DNA from: Desulfosudaceae bacterium
GTDB lineage: Bacteria > Desulfobacterota > Desulfobacteria > Desulfobacterales > Desulfosudaceae
Direction: 5' to 3'
NCBI GenBank assembly: GCA_963674745.2
Contig: CAXXDV010000003.1
Location: forward strand, 2,048,001-2,112,000
Length of the DNA stretch: 64,000 nt
Shown: in pieces, positions 1 through 9,550 of the stretch
How the letters are laid out: the number at the start of each line of letters is the position of its first letter
How positions within the stretch are numbered: position 1 is the first letter of the stretch
Notes under the pieces: generated by a model
Database searches by the model: none
What the model was told of the DNA's origin: nothing
Seen by the model: only the letters and a program-made list of their open reading frames with translations
Translations under genes and position numbers: made by a program

Positions 1-74
1 CGCGTTGTTTTTCGATTCACCATGATTTCTTCAAGTACTCCTGTTTTCGTATCTGTCATTGTTTGTTTTTGCAT
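1..74 (-). CDS. 5' end of a gene running off the window edge, possibly nitroreductase family
   Basis: ATG at 74 preceded by AAGGGG RBS-like sequence. Reads MQKQTMTDTKTGVLEEIMVNRKTTR, resembling the nitroreductase 'L..I..RRS.R' start. Only 24 aa visible. Confidence 0.4.
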   Translation of the reverse strand, partial: MQKQTMTDTKTGVLEEIMVNRKTT

Positions 75-96
75 GAGTAATCCCCTTATTTCTTCA

Positions 97-213
97 GGGT
101 ATCTCTAAAAATTAGAATTTTGGTTCGGGGTCAAGGCGTATGAAAATATTTCGAGGATTGAAATTTGAGCACAACGCCGACATCGGGCCAAAAGGCATTT
201 TTTAGAGGTGCCT
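97..213. repeat. MITE-like / long palindromic intergenic element
   Basis: Imperfect terminal inverted repeats GGGTATCTCTAAAAA (97-111) and TTTTTAGAGGTGCCT (199-213), 12/15 match. An inner inverted pair TTTTGGTTCGGGGTCAAGGCGT / ACGCCGACATCGGGCCAAAA is also present. Confidence 0.55.
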
Positions 214-214
214 T

Positions 215-2023
215 TCAGGCTGGTTTTTCAAAACTCAACTCGTCTTCATTATCCTTATTTCTCTGCCAGTTGATAAACTTCAGCCAGTTTTCATTATCCG
301 GCAAAGGATATTCCATTCTTCTGTGGGAATACCGGCTTTCCATCCGGAGAAGCGAGGATTTTAAGAACAATTCTGCAACCTGCGTCATATTCGCAAGTTC
401 ATGGGCTTTTACCAATTCATGCGAATCTACTGCTTTCAGGGCCTGCAGATCATTTTCTTTAAATTCAGCGAGTTGTTTTAATCCCTGCTCAAGGCTTTCG
501 GCGGTCTTTCGCAGGCCGATTTCAGGTGTGTGCAGGATTTTCTGGAATTTTTTGATTAACTGCCAGTAGGTAAGACCGTTTTTCCGTTTCATATATTTTA
601 CAGAACGTTCCAGCGCATTGTCCACCTGGTCCCTGTCCAATACCGGTGTGTCTGCCCTCCTGGCATACAGGGTGGCTGTCCGGCCGGTTTTCTCTCCCGA
701 CCACATGCCGCGGGCGGATGATATGCCTTTGATGGTACTCATATCAAAAGACTGGCTGAGGCTTGCGGCAAACAACCCGTTAACTTCATCACTCATCAGG
801 TCATTGTTGGTCCGGATGCAGCCCTGCAGTCCGTAATATAAAACAATCTGATTGTGCGGATAGTCCGTGGGCGCGTTCCCTGTTTCCCTCAATCGCTTGT
901 AGTTAAGCGCCTGCCAGGTATTCATGGGGCTTGAGTTTTCAAATATTCTGGAGACGATATACTTGTATATGACATTGGTCTGGTCCAGGTAAATGGGGGC
1001 GTTTCCCCTGGCCCATTCATCCGCAAAGGCAAAGGCAATTTTGTTGAAATTCGAATTCGTCCCGCGTTTGGGATCATAATCCCACATAAAATCTTTTCCG
1101 AATTTATTGATGAACCGGGCGCCGAACATGCCGGTCAGATGACCGCCCTCAAGGTTATAATCCCGTGCCAGAACATCCGGGTTCAAAAATTCGCAATTCT
1201 GTAATTTGTTGCCGGCGCGATAGGCCAATGCGTATCCGTCGCCGGTTTGATGGGCGCTTACGCTGTACCCCGGCCCGAATGTGCAGGATCCGGTTGCAAG
1301 GATGACGGACGGCGCCTTGAAAACGATCCTGTTTCCGGTCATCCGGTTCACCCCTACAGCGCCGTTTACCCGGCCGTTTTCCACCAGTAAATCGGTTACC
1401 ATTGTTTTTGAAAAATAAGTGGACGCGCCCTGGGCGTCAATTCTGTCCAGCAGGCACTGCACCAGCGCCCGGCCGCAGGACCAGCCTTTATAACGCGGAT
1501 TGATGCTCAATTTGTTGTAACGGTTTCCATCCGTCACCATTCGGGTTCCCGTCACCGGAAACCCTTCATAGGTAACACCCCACTTTTCCCATTTCTCCAT
1601 CCGCCTGCGGGAGGTCTGCATCATGTCCCGGAGCATGTCCAGATGCCCGAGCCCGCCGCTGTATCCCAGATATTCTTTTTCACAGGCAGCAAGGTCATCG
1701 CCTTCCAGCCAGTAAATCGTACCCCCGAGGATCATGCCGGAACCTGAAGAAACGCCCAGCCCGCCTTTGTCAACAATGGCGATCCGTTTCATACCTTCTT
1801 CTGCCGCGGTAACCGCCGCCCATAAACCACCCATCCCGGTGCCCACGATAACAAGGTCCGCCTCAAAAACTTCCCGGTCTTCATAAGGGTAGGATTTTAA
1901 AATATTTACCTTTGGTACAGGTCTCTTGGCCGCGCGGGCAAGTTTTACGGGATAAGGTGTTATGGCTGCGGCCCCTGTCATTCCCATGATTTTCAACAGG
2001 TCTCTTCTTGAAATGCGATTCAT
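215..2023 (-). CDS. Tat-exported FAD-dependent oxidoreductase, SdhA/FrdA/AprA flavoprotein family
   Basis: Twin-arginine signal SRRDLLK...ARA; FAD motif VIVGTGMGG; ILATG and TGDGYALAYRAG motifs; C-terminal RMESRYSHRRMEYP typical of the family. Confidence 0.85.
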   Translation of the reverse strand: MNRISRRDLLKIMGMTGAAAITPYPVKLARAAKRPVPKVNILKSYPYEDREVFEADLVIVGTGMGGLWAAVTAAEEGMKRIAIVDKGGLGVSSGSGMILGGTIYWLEGDDLAACEKEYLGYSGGLGHLDMLRDMMQTSRRRMEKWEKWGVTYEGFPVTGTRMVTDGNRYNKLSINPRYKGWSCGRALVQCLLDRIDAQGASTYFSKTMVTDLLVENGRVNGAVGVNRMTGNRIVFKAPSVILATGSCTFGPGYSVSAHQTGDGYALAYRAGNKLQNCEFLNPDVLARDYNLEGGHLTGMFGARFINKFGKDFMWDYDPKRGTNSNFNKIAFAFADEWARGNAPIYLDQTNVIYKYIVSRIFENSSPMNTWQALNYKRLRETGNAPTDYPHNQIVLYYGLQGCIRTNNDLMSDEVNGLFAASLSQSFDMSTIKGISSARGMWSGEKTGRTATLYARRADTPVLDRDQVDNALERSVKYMKRKNGLTYWQLIKKFQKILHTPEIGLRKTAESLEQGLKQLAEFKENDLQALKAVDSHELVKAHELANMTQVAELFLKSSLLRMESRYSHRRMEYPLPDNENWLKFINWQRNKDNEDELSFEKPA

Positions 2024-2035
2024 GGTAAACTCCTG

Positions 2036-2278
2036 TTAAAAATGATCCTTGTATTCCGTATCACACGGCCACATTTTCGGTGCATATCGAAAAGGATGCA
2101 CCCAGATGGCAGATTCCGGGCAATTAATTTCACATGTATAGCAGGCCTGGCAATCCTCCTTGTAGGCCACATATGCTTTCCCGGTTTTGGGGTCCATTCG
2201 CCACACATCTCTTGTGCAGTATTCCACGCAGGCGCCGCAACCGGTACATTTATTCTGGTCAAATTTCTGAATCGTCAT
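2036..2278 (-). CDS. 2x[4Fe-4S] ferredoxin (AprB-like small subunit)
   Basis: CTGCGACVEYC and CQACYTCEINCP motifs; directly upstream of the flavoprotein. Confidence 0.9.
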   Translation of the reverse strand: MTIQKFDQNKCTGCGACVEYCTRDVWRMDPKTGKAYVAYKEDCQACYTCEINCPESAIWVHPFRYAPKMWPCDTEYKDHF

Positions 2279-2719
2279 TTATTCAACCCTCCTTATCAAT
2301 TTTACCCCTGCCACACGATGGATCAGGTACCAGGGTATAACAGGAAGCAGTACCAGTACGAGCTGAAATGAGTGGTGGCTGGCATAAATCAGAGCAAGGA
2401 GCGTCGCTGCATCAGCAAGAAAAGGATATTTTGCCCATCTTTTTTCAAACGGGAGAAGACTGTTTACCGTATAGATCAGATACAGAACAGCCACGACAAA
2501 AAAAGCACCGTCGGTAAATGCGAAATGGGATGTTTTGAACATGAGCGCGATAAACATATCATGAACTACGGAAAGCGGCCCTTCAACGATTAACGGGGCC
2601 AGGATCAGATAGCCAAACCCTGCTATGCTGATCCAAGAAAAAACAAAATGCAGCCAGAAAAAGGATTTTCTCCAACGCCGCCAGTCCGGATTATATCCGA
2701 TGCTTTTGAAGTATTTCAC
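2279..2719 (-). CDS. Integral membrane protein, possible membrane anchor
   Basis: 146 aa with 3-4 hydrophobic segments and several His residues; GTG start after GAGGGG; abuts the ferredoxin gene. Confidence 0.65.
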   Translation of the reverse strand: MKYFKSIGYNPDWRRWRKSFFWLHFVFSWISIAGFGYLILAPLIVEGPLSVVHDMFIALMFKTSHFAFTDGAFFVVAVLYLIYTVNSLLPFEKRWAKYPFLADAATLLALIYASHHSFQLVLVLLPVIPWYLIHRVAGVKLIRRVE

Positions 2720-2744
2720 GGTAATCCCCTCTTATTTCGCTTAT

Positions 2745-3545
2745 TCAGAAAAGCCCCGCGTCCTTTAGTTTTTCCATAAGGGTTTTGGCCGCCCGGGCGG
2801 GATCATCTCCCGGGATGATTACGCACTGGCGCTCTTTGGCCGCCGGATATTCCAGGCCCTTGAGGCCGGCTGCGGCTTCGGGGATCCGGTCCGCTCCCAC
2901 GTCCCCGGGCCCGGTTGAAGAGACCGGCTTTTTCTTGGCCTTTCTTCTTTCGGCCATGGCCGGATAGCGGAGTTCCCCCACCTCGTTGGAGGCCACCACC
3001 ACGCAAGGGGTGGGCGCCTTCACGATTTCGTACCCGTCTGCCAGGACCCGCTCCACCAGGACCGAACCGTTTTCCGTCGTAACCTTACGGGCCATGGTGA
3101 CCAGGGGAAGGTCCAGGGCCGCGGCGATCTCCGCCCCCACCTGCCCGGCGTTGGAATCCGCGGCCTGGCGGCCGGCCAGGATCAGGTCGGCGTCCCCGAT
3201 CTTTTCGATGGCTTTGGCCAGGACATGGGCCGTGCCCCGGGCATTCAGGGCCATATTGTCGAGGTCCGGCCCCTCGATTTTGGCGAGCGCGTCCGCACCG
3301 GCGGCCAGGGATTTGAGCATGACCGCGTCCGGCACCCGTTTCCCGGCCGAGAGCACCGTGACTTTGGTCCCATCCTTGTCAGCGTCCTTCATCTTCAGGG
3401 CCGCTTCCAGGGCATTTTCATCAAAAAGGGACATGACCGGCGGGATGCCCCGGGGCTCCACGCGCATGGTCTCCGGGTTGATGGCAAAAGACCCGGCAGG
3501 GCTTTCCGGGTCCGGCACCTGCTTCATACAAACGACGATATGCAT
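2745..3545 (-). CDS. etfB: Electron transfer flavoprotein beta subunit
   Basis: MHIVVCMKQVPD start, DENALEAAL, AGRQAADSNAGQVG, LRYP motifs. Confidence 0.95.
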   Translation of the reverse strand: MHIVVCMKQVPDPESPAGSFAINPETMRVEPRGIPPVMSLFDENALEAALKMKDADKDGTKVTVLSAGKRVPDAVMLKSLAAGADALAKIEGPDLDNMALNARGTAHVLAKAIEKIGDADLILAGRQAADSNAGQVGAEIAAALDLPLVTMARKVTTENGSVLVERVLADGYEIVKAPTPCVVVASNEVGELRYPAMAERRKAKKKPVSSTGPGDVGADRIPEAAAGLKGLEYPAAKERQCVIIPGDDPARAAKTLMEKLKDAGLF

Positions 3546-3572
3546 GGGTATGACTCCTTCTTTCGGTTATGA

Positions 3573-4565
3573 CTATCCTGCGATTTCCGCGGCCGCCTTG
3601 GTAAGGGCCGGGATGATGTTTTCCCAGTCCCCCACGATGCCGAAATCCGCTATCTTGAAGATATTGGCTTTCTCGTTGTTGTTGATGGCGACGATCACCT
3701 TGGCCTCCGCCATGCCGGCCACGTGCTGGGTGGACCCTGAAATGCCGGTTGCGATATACAGGGACGGGGCCACGATAGCGCCGGTGATGCCCACCTGGTG
3801 GACCGGAGAAATCCATCCGAGGTCACAGGGCGGGCGGCTGGCGCCCACCGCGCCGCCCAGTGCTTTGGCCAGTTCCGCCAGAACGGTAAAGCCTTCCGGC
3901 CCGCCCATTCCCCGGCCGCCGGAGACGATCCTGTCCGCGCTTTCCAGTTTGGGACCACCCGTGTCATCATCGGAAACCGTTTCCACCACCTCATAACGGG
4001 CAAGGGAGGGATCCAGGCTGACATCCAGGTTTTCCACCTGTCCCGACGCTTCCCCGGTTTCCGGGGCTTCCGCTGCCCGGGCCCGGAAGGTGGCCACGAC
4101 CGGTTTTCCCAAAAGGGCGAACCGGGCCATGACGTTCCCGGAATACACCGGCTTGGTGAAGACAAACCCCCCGGAGTCATTTGAAACACTCACGTCCACG
4201 CAGTCCGAGGCGCAGCCGGTCTTAAGGCGCGCGGCCAGCCTGGGGGCCAGGTCCAGGGCCGTCAGGGTTTCGGCCATAAAAACAGCCCCGGGCTTGATGC
4301 TTTCGCATACCTGTGAAACCGCGGCGCACAAAAGATCGGGATGAAGATCCGCCAGAAGATCGTTGTCCACGGCCAGGACCTTGTCCGCGCCGTAACCAAG
4401 CAGCTCGTTTGCCGCCGCTGAAACGCCCTTTCCACAGACCAGAACGGCCAGGGATGCGCCGCTTTCCTTTGCTGCTTTACGGCCCATGGCCAGGGCCTCC
4501 AGGGACAGGGGAAGGACCTTCTCACCTGAACTTTCCGCCAAAACCAGAATGGGTGAAGCCATCAT
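3573..4565 (-). CDS. etfA: Electron transfer flavoprotein alpha subunit
   Basis: IVSGGRG, VGASRP, QVGITG, LYIATGISGSTQHVAGM, ANIFKIADFG motifs. Start could be 4562. Confidence 0.95.
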   Translation of the reverse strand: MMASPILVLAESSGEKVLPLSLEALAMGRKAAKESGASLAVLVCGKGVSAAANELLGYGADKVLAVDNDLLADLHPDLLCAAVSQVCESIKPGAVFMAETLTALDLAPRLAARLKTGCASDCVDVSVSNDSGGFVFTKPVYSGNVMARFALLGKPVVATFRARAAEAPETGEASGQVENLDVSLDPSLARYEVVETVSDDDTGGPKLESADRIVSGGRGMGGPEGFTVLAELAKALGGAVGASRPPCDLGWISPVHQVGITGAIVAPSLYIATGISGSTQHVAGMAEAKVIVAINNNEKANIFKIADFGIVGDWENIIPALTKAAAEIAG

Positions 4566-4595
4566 CTACTCCTTATGTTATTCTCAAATAAAAAC

Positions 4596-6172
4596 TCAAT
4601 CAGAAGAAATATAATACTTCGAATCCGACAGATCTTCCGGATCCAAAGCTTTTTTTATCTTGCGCTGCCAGATGTGGTAGTTGCACATTTTTGGCCCCAT
4701 CAGGTCGTGCACCTCGCCCCCCTTGAAAAAGGCCATTCCGCCCCCGCCCAGGGTATGCTTCAGGGTGGCTTCCGCGCAGGCCTTGGCAAAATCTTCCAGC
4801 TGCCGGCCCATTTCAGGGTCGCGGTGATCAAAGGCATACAGCTCCTCGTCATGGCCAAACAGCCCGTTTTCGTACATCAGGGTCCAGGCGTTGTCGGCCA
4901 GGTCGTCAAAGCATGCTTTGCTTGCGATGAACTGCCGTTTGATTTGCTCGCCAATCCTGGCCTGCTCCATGCAACTGTCAACGGCCTCGTCCCCGCCGAA
5001 GGCTGAGAAGAAATTGCCGCCCATTCTGAATATCACGGGAGGCACACTCACCCGGACAAAAGCCCAGTACATGATAGAATTAAAGGGGGTCGGATTGTCC
5101 AGGACGACCCCGCCGTGGTCGTCCACAATCTTTTCGATGCACTGGCTCTGGTACTGGTAGTCCAGTTCGGAGTTGGCGGCGATCACGAGCTGGAACTGGT
5201 GTCGGAATGTTTCCAGAAGCGTTTTCATGTGCGGCATGGCGTGGATCTTGCGCAACAATCGCGGCGTCATGCCGGCCAGCAGCAGCGAAACGGAATTTTT
5301 GCACTGCAAAAAACCCGATCTCCGCCTCACCCACTTTCAACAGGGCGTCCGCATAGTTCTTGGCGTCGGGAAAGGCGCAATGAACGATTCTGAAGTTATC
5401 CGGTTTTTCAACATCCAGGTCCATGAGGCGGCCCATGGGCCGGGTTTCTCTGGGCCCGGACCAGTGAAAGAGCTTCATGGACATCTTGGTGAACACCCCG
5501 AGCCCGCCGTCCGCACCGGCCCATCCGCGCATGATGCCCCTCATGCCCGGCCCGGGGCCATCGGCCGAAAACCAGCGGCCTGTCGATCCGCAAGTTCCCA
5601 GTTTAAGGACCTCGCCGGAAGGCAGGACCCATTCTACGCCCAGGATGTTACGCGAACTGGTTGAAGTGGATATCGCTGACCACCCGATGCCGCAGTGGGA
5701 GGTGGCGTTGGCCAGGGGCGAGCAAAGGCTGCCCGCACCGTGGATGTGGATGTTGAAGCCCCGCTTCATGGCTTCCGCCTGAATCTGGGCGCAGTTGACG
5801 TACGGCTCGACCACCACGTAGCGATTTTTTTCGTCCCATTCCAGGATCTTGTTCATCCCGCCGGAGATCGATCTGCACCACGTTGTCATACCCGGGTCCG
5901 CCGTGGGCGCCCCAGCCGGTGCTGTGGGCCTTGTAACGCAGTCCGAATTGGTTGCATATTTTAACGATCGCCTGGACTTCTTCGGTGTTTGCCGGCAATG
6001 TCACGGCCAGGGGCCGGTTTATCCAGCATCCCGGTTCGGTTTTGTGAAACGCCTGCATGGCGTAACCGTCGCAAATGGCCGGGTCCGTGGAAAAATTCTC
6101 GTCCCCCAGGGCTTTCCTGAACAATGGAACAGCCTCTTCCGGAATGGTTTTTGTAGAAATCGGAAATGTCAT
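4596..6172 (-). pseudogene. FAD-linked oxidase (VAO/GlcD-like FAD_binding_4 family) interrupted by two single-base frameshifts (pseudogene or sequencing error)
   Basis: Three overlapping ORFs join into one protein: ...PANTEEVQAIVK...QIDLRR | MNKILEWDEKNRYVVVEP...GGLGVFTKM...GEAEIGF | LQCKNSV...KIKKALDP. Junctions fall at a G3 run (5857-5859) and a T6 run (5308-5313) on the coding strand. ATG at 6172 overlaps the upstream stop (ATGA). Confidence 0.85.
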
Positions 6173-7443
6173 GATGTCACCTCTCCCTTTACCGAGCGCG
6201 CCACAAGCTCGGTGACGTCGAATATTTCCATCTGGACGCCCAGCGATTCCGCGGCGTCGCGCAAATTTCTTTCGCACCACGGGCAGCTTGTGGCCAAAGC
6301 ATCCGCCCCGGTAGCCAGGGCTTCCTCGATTCGCTCCCTGGCTGCGAAATCGGACAGTTCCTCATCTGCTTCCCACACCCCGCCTCCGGCGCCGCAGCAC
6401 CAGGAATACTCCCTGATACGTTCCATCTCCACCAGTTCAATGCCGGGAATGGATCGAAGAAGCTCGCGAGGGGCGTCATAAACCCCTTTTCTTCCGTCGC
6501 GTTTGCACGAGGCCGGCCTCAGAAGCTTGTTTCCTTCCCAGGGCCCCGCATAGGGCTCGCTTCGCCGGCCGAGATGGCAGGGGTCGTGATAGGTGATCTT
6601 TCTTTTCACCGTGTTTTTGAATTGCACTTTTCTGTTTGCCGCAAGTTCACCCAGATACTCGCTGATGTGCATGATCCGGACACCCAGGTCTACGCCCATG
6701 CGCGGATAGGCATACTTGAAAGCGCCATAGCAGTCGGCACAGGGCGTGAGCAGGACTTTAGCGCCGGAAGACTTTACCCGGACGGCCATGTCCTCGGCGA
6801 AATTTTTGCCATCCCCCCGAAAGCCCAGACCAAAGGCGCGGCCCCCGCAGCATGACTCGGCTTTGCCCGCAACCCCCAGATCAACGCCCGCATCCCGGAC
6901 GAGCGTTGCCGCCCCCCGGATGACGCCTAGAAGGTCCTCGTCATAAGAAAACCGGCACCCGGCGTGAAACAAGACATCCACCTTTTGAGCGTTGGCGTCC
7001 TTCAGGTCGAGCCCCTCAGCCCAATCACCGCGGGCTTTTTTGGGTTCCCCGAAGACATTGTTCTCCCGTTTCAGGTCATCGATCATCATCTGGTGCTCGG
7101 CGAAAAACTGGCCGTTTTCCACGCACGTCGCCCGGATCTCCTCGATCACTTCGGCAATGTCGATGTCGTCGCGGTAAACTTTGCAGTTGGCGTCGCAGGC
7201 GCCGCAAAGCGTGCACTTGTAAACCACGTTTGCGACGGAATCGTTCATCTCTATTCTTCCGTCCAGCAGCGAAAGCCCCAGCATGAGCTTGCCGCTGCCT
7301 GCGAAACTGTGAAAATTGTAGCGGGATATGGACGGGCAGACCTGGGCGAACCGGTGGCTCTTTATCTGGCTCATCGGCACCCATTTGCATGAGGAGCACC
7401 GCGAACAGCCCTCCATGTCCCTGCGATATTCTTCCAATGCCAT
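6169..7443 (-). CDS. Fe-S oxidoreductase with CCG domains (GlcF/HdrD-like)
   Basis: CSRCSSC...CP and CTLCGACDANC clusters; ESCCGG, YHDPCHLGR, WCCGAGGG, TSCPWC. ATG at 7443 with GGAGG RBS. Confidence 0.9.
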   Translation of the reverse strand: MALEEYRRDMEGCSRCSSCKWVPMSQIKSHRFAQVCPSISRYNFHSFAGSGKLMLGLSLLDGRIEMNDSVANVVYKCTLCGACDANCKVYRDDIDIAEVIEEIRATCVENGQFFAEHQMMIDDLKRENNVFGEPKKARGDWAEGLDLKDANAQKVDVLFHAGCRFSYDEDLLGVIRGAATLVRDAGVDLGVAGKAESCCGGRAFGLGFRGDGKNFAEDMAVRVKSSGAKVLLTPCADCYGAFKYAYPRMGVDLGVRIMHISEYLGELAANRKVQFKNTVKRKITYHDPCHLGRRSEPYAGPWEGNKLLRPASCKRDGRKGVYDAPRELLRSIPGIELVEMERIREYSWCCGAGGGVWEADEELSDFAARERIEEALATGADALATSCPWCERNLRDAAESLGVQMEIFDVTELVARSVKGEVTS

Positions 7444-7453
7444 AATATACCTC

Positions 7454-8932
7454 CTACAGGCAGATCCTGCCCTGGTTGAAAACGTTATGGGGATCAAGGA
7501 TTCCCTTGACCGTTTTTATTGACGCGACCGTGTCCGGGCATCGGGCATAGGCCATTTCGGCCCACGGACCATAAGGCCGGCTGAAAAAAGCACCTTTTTC
7601 GGACATGACCTTGCTTGCTTCGTCAAAAAGATCCTGAGTGCGTTTTTTGTCGTCCGCGTCGTTTTGATCAAAGGGAAGCATGAACTCCAGATGGCAGTTC
7701 CGGCCCTGCTGCACGGGCTGAACGTAAACGCCCGTATCCTTTGCCGGATAACCGTGTGCGTCCGCGAGTCCGCCCATTGTTTCCAGAAAATCGGGCACGC
7801 AATCCATGGTGGTGAGGAAGAAGATCTCCGCGTGCGCCCCTTTGAGGCGGTCTTTCCAATAGGTCTCCGGGCACGGTTCATCAATCATCCGGGCCAGGGA
7901 ATCTCCGCTGGCGCTGCCAAGGTCACGCACCGCTTTTAGATCCAGGTCCTTGGCCAGGGCTGCAATGTCCTGTTCCTGCTGGCGGACCCGCAGCTCCGGA
8001 AACAGCTCGTAACCGGAAACGCAGTAAAACAGGGTCCAAGGGGCCAGCTTTTCCGCCAATCCGCCTATTTTTGCCGTGTCTTTTTCGAGAATGCCCGCCA
8101 GCGCCTGTGCGTTTAAGAGAAACATCTCGTCTCCCAGGCGACGCTGGGTCATGGCATAGGCCAGATCGGTCAGGGGCCCGATTTGCTGGGATGTGACAAA
8201 ATACCCCTTATGAATAGTCGGCAAAACCTCCAGCTTGACGCTGGACCAGGTGACGATGCCCATGGTGCCCTGGGCCCCCTGGATCACGCGCACCAGGTCG
8301 GTCTGGGCCGGCCCCATGGGGTTTTTCTGTGAAGCCCCGGCTTTCCACTGTTCCTCCAGGGAGCCGGGCCCGGCGGCGGCGCCGGTGCGGAACATGTCAC
8401 CGGTGCCGAAAATCGTCTCCACGCACAGCATGGGATCGGTCATGTCCCAGTGATACTTGGGTATGGTGATGGGTTCCCTTTCCAGATAGGCGGCCACAAC
8501 GGACTTGGTCGCGCGGGGCAGAAGCGGCAGAAGGGCCTTCATCCCCAGCTTTTTCGCCTCGGCCTGCAGCGTCCCGAAACAGACCCCGGGCTCGACGATG
8601 GCCACCTTGTTTCTGCGGTTGATACGGGATATGCGGTCCATTTTGCAAAGATCCACGACCACCGAAGGAATGCCCGCCGGAACGCAGCAACCCCGCTGAG
8701 ACCTGGGCGAACCGCTGGAGCACGGAATCAGGTTGGCGCCCGACTCAATCGCCGCCCGCACAACCCCGGCCACCTGTTCGGTGTTTTTCGGCTCGACCGC
8801 ACACAGGGGCGTCTGTCCGGCGACAAAAGCGCCGCCACCGGCATATTCGGAAAGCTTGTCCGGATTTTCATGAAACTGATCCGGGCCTACAGCGGTCTTT
8901 AAAGCCGCCATGATTGTCGTTTCATTTTTCAT
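7454..8932 (-). CDS. FAD-binding oxidoreductase (VAO/GlcD-like)
   Basis: VEPKNTEQV, VDLCKMDRI, IVEPGV, GAQGTMGIVT and C-terminal LDPHNVFNQG motifs. Confidence 0.9.
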   Translation of the reverse strand: MKNETTIMAALKTAVGPDQFHENPDKLSEYAGGGAFVAGQTPLCAVEPKNTEQVAGVVRAAIESGANLIPCSSGSPRSQRGCCVPAGIPSVVVDLCKMDRISRINRRNKVAIVEPGVCFGTLQAEAKKLGMKALLPLLPRATKSVVAAYLEREPITIPKYHWDMTDPMLCVETIFGTGDMFRTGAAAGPGSLEEQWKAGASQKNPMGPAQTDLVRVIQGAQGTMGIVTWSSVKLEVLPTIHKGYFVTSQQIGPLTDLAYAMTQRRLGDEMFLLNAQALAGILEKDTAKIGGLAEKLAPWTLFYCVSGYELFPELRVRQQEQDIAALAKDLDLKAVRDLGSASGDSLARMIDEPCPETYWKDRLKGAHAEIFFLTTMDCVPDFLETMGGLADAHGYPAKDTGVYVQPVQQGRNCHLEFMLPFDQNDADDKKRTQDLFDEASKVMSEKGAFFSRPYGPWAEMAYARCPDTVASIKTVKGILDPHNVFNQGRICL

Positions 8933-9300
8933 CGGGTCACCTCCCCGAGCTGTGGCGTGTTTTTCATGGCGTCTGCAAAAAATATGCGATACCTGCGCTT
9001 GACGTACGCCATCACCCTGTTCCTTATTCCGGGCCGATCCAGCGCGAAGGCAGCGGCCTTCATCATCGCCGGCCTGGCCACCAGCCGGACAAGGAAAGGG
9101 GGTATGCGTCCCAGGGTTTGCTCCAGGGGGTCCGGATCAGTCCGGTCCAGGCAATCGAACATCTCATAAGGACCAATCCCGAGTTCCTGAAACACGGCCT
9201 CGAGCGCCTGTTCCGTAATGGAAATGATCTTCCCCATGAGGCCCGTTGTGTAGGCCATGCGGGTAATCCGAAAATAATCGGAAGATTCCAGCGGCATCAT
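8929..9300 (-). CDS. Hypothetical protein, first gene of the operon
   Basis: 123-aa ORF with AAGGAG RBS; 4-nt overlap with the downstream oxidase gene. Confidence 0.7.
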   Translation of the reverse strand: MMPLESSDYFRITRMAYTTGLMGKIISITEQALEAVFQELGIGPYEMFDCLDRTDPDPLEQTLGRIPPFLVRLVARPAMMKAAAFALDRPGIRNRVMAYVKRRYRIFFADAMKNTPQLGEVTR

Positions 9301-9384
9301 TTCATTCTCCTTTATGATCTTTTTTCTTTACCATCCAAATTTCGACTTTCTACGATAACATCACACTGACATGATATTTACCTG

Positions 9385-9401
9385 AGCATTATCCATGCCA
9401 A
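9385..9401 (-). promoter_or_regulatory. Sigma-54 (-24/-12) promoter of the minus-strand redox operon
   Basis: Minus strand TTGGCATGGATAATGCT with exact GG-N10-GC spacing, ~85 nt upstream of 9300, next to a sigma-54 activator gene. Confidence 0.8.
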
Positions 9402-9457
9402 AAAAATAATACTTTTAAAACAAATACTTAAGATTTATGCTTGTTTTTATCTATTAA

Positions 9458-9499
9458 ATATAGTAGGCTGAACCGAAAAATAGCGCAGGCCTACTATAT
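9458..9499. promoter_or_regulatory. Inverted repeat, candidate activator binding site (UAS)
   Basis: Perfect 11-bp inverted repeat ATATAGTAGGC-N20-GCCTACTATAT upstream of the sigma-54 promoter. Confidence 0.55.
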
Positions 9500-9550
9500 A
9501 AGGTAGCTGTGGATATTTTATAAAACAACCGGGAAAGGCACTCACAAAAT

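Noticed and set aside
215..2278. Canonical aprBA or frdA/sdhA
   Set aside because: A Tat leader is present, Sdh/Frd catalytic and covalent-FAD motifs are absent, the ferredoxin lacks the long AprB tail, and there are no sat/qmo or sdhBC neighbours.
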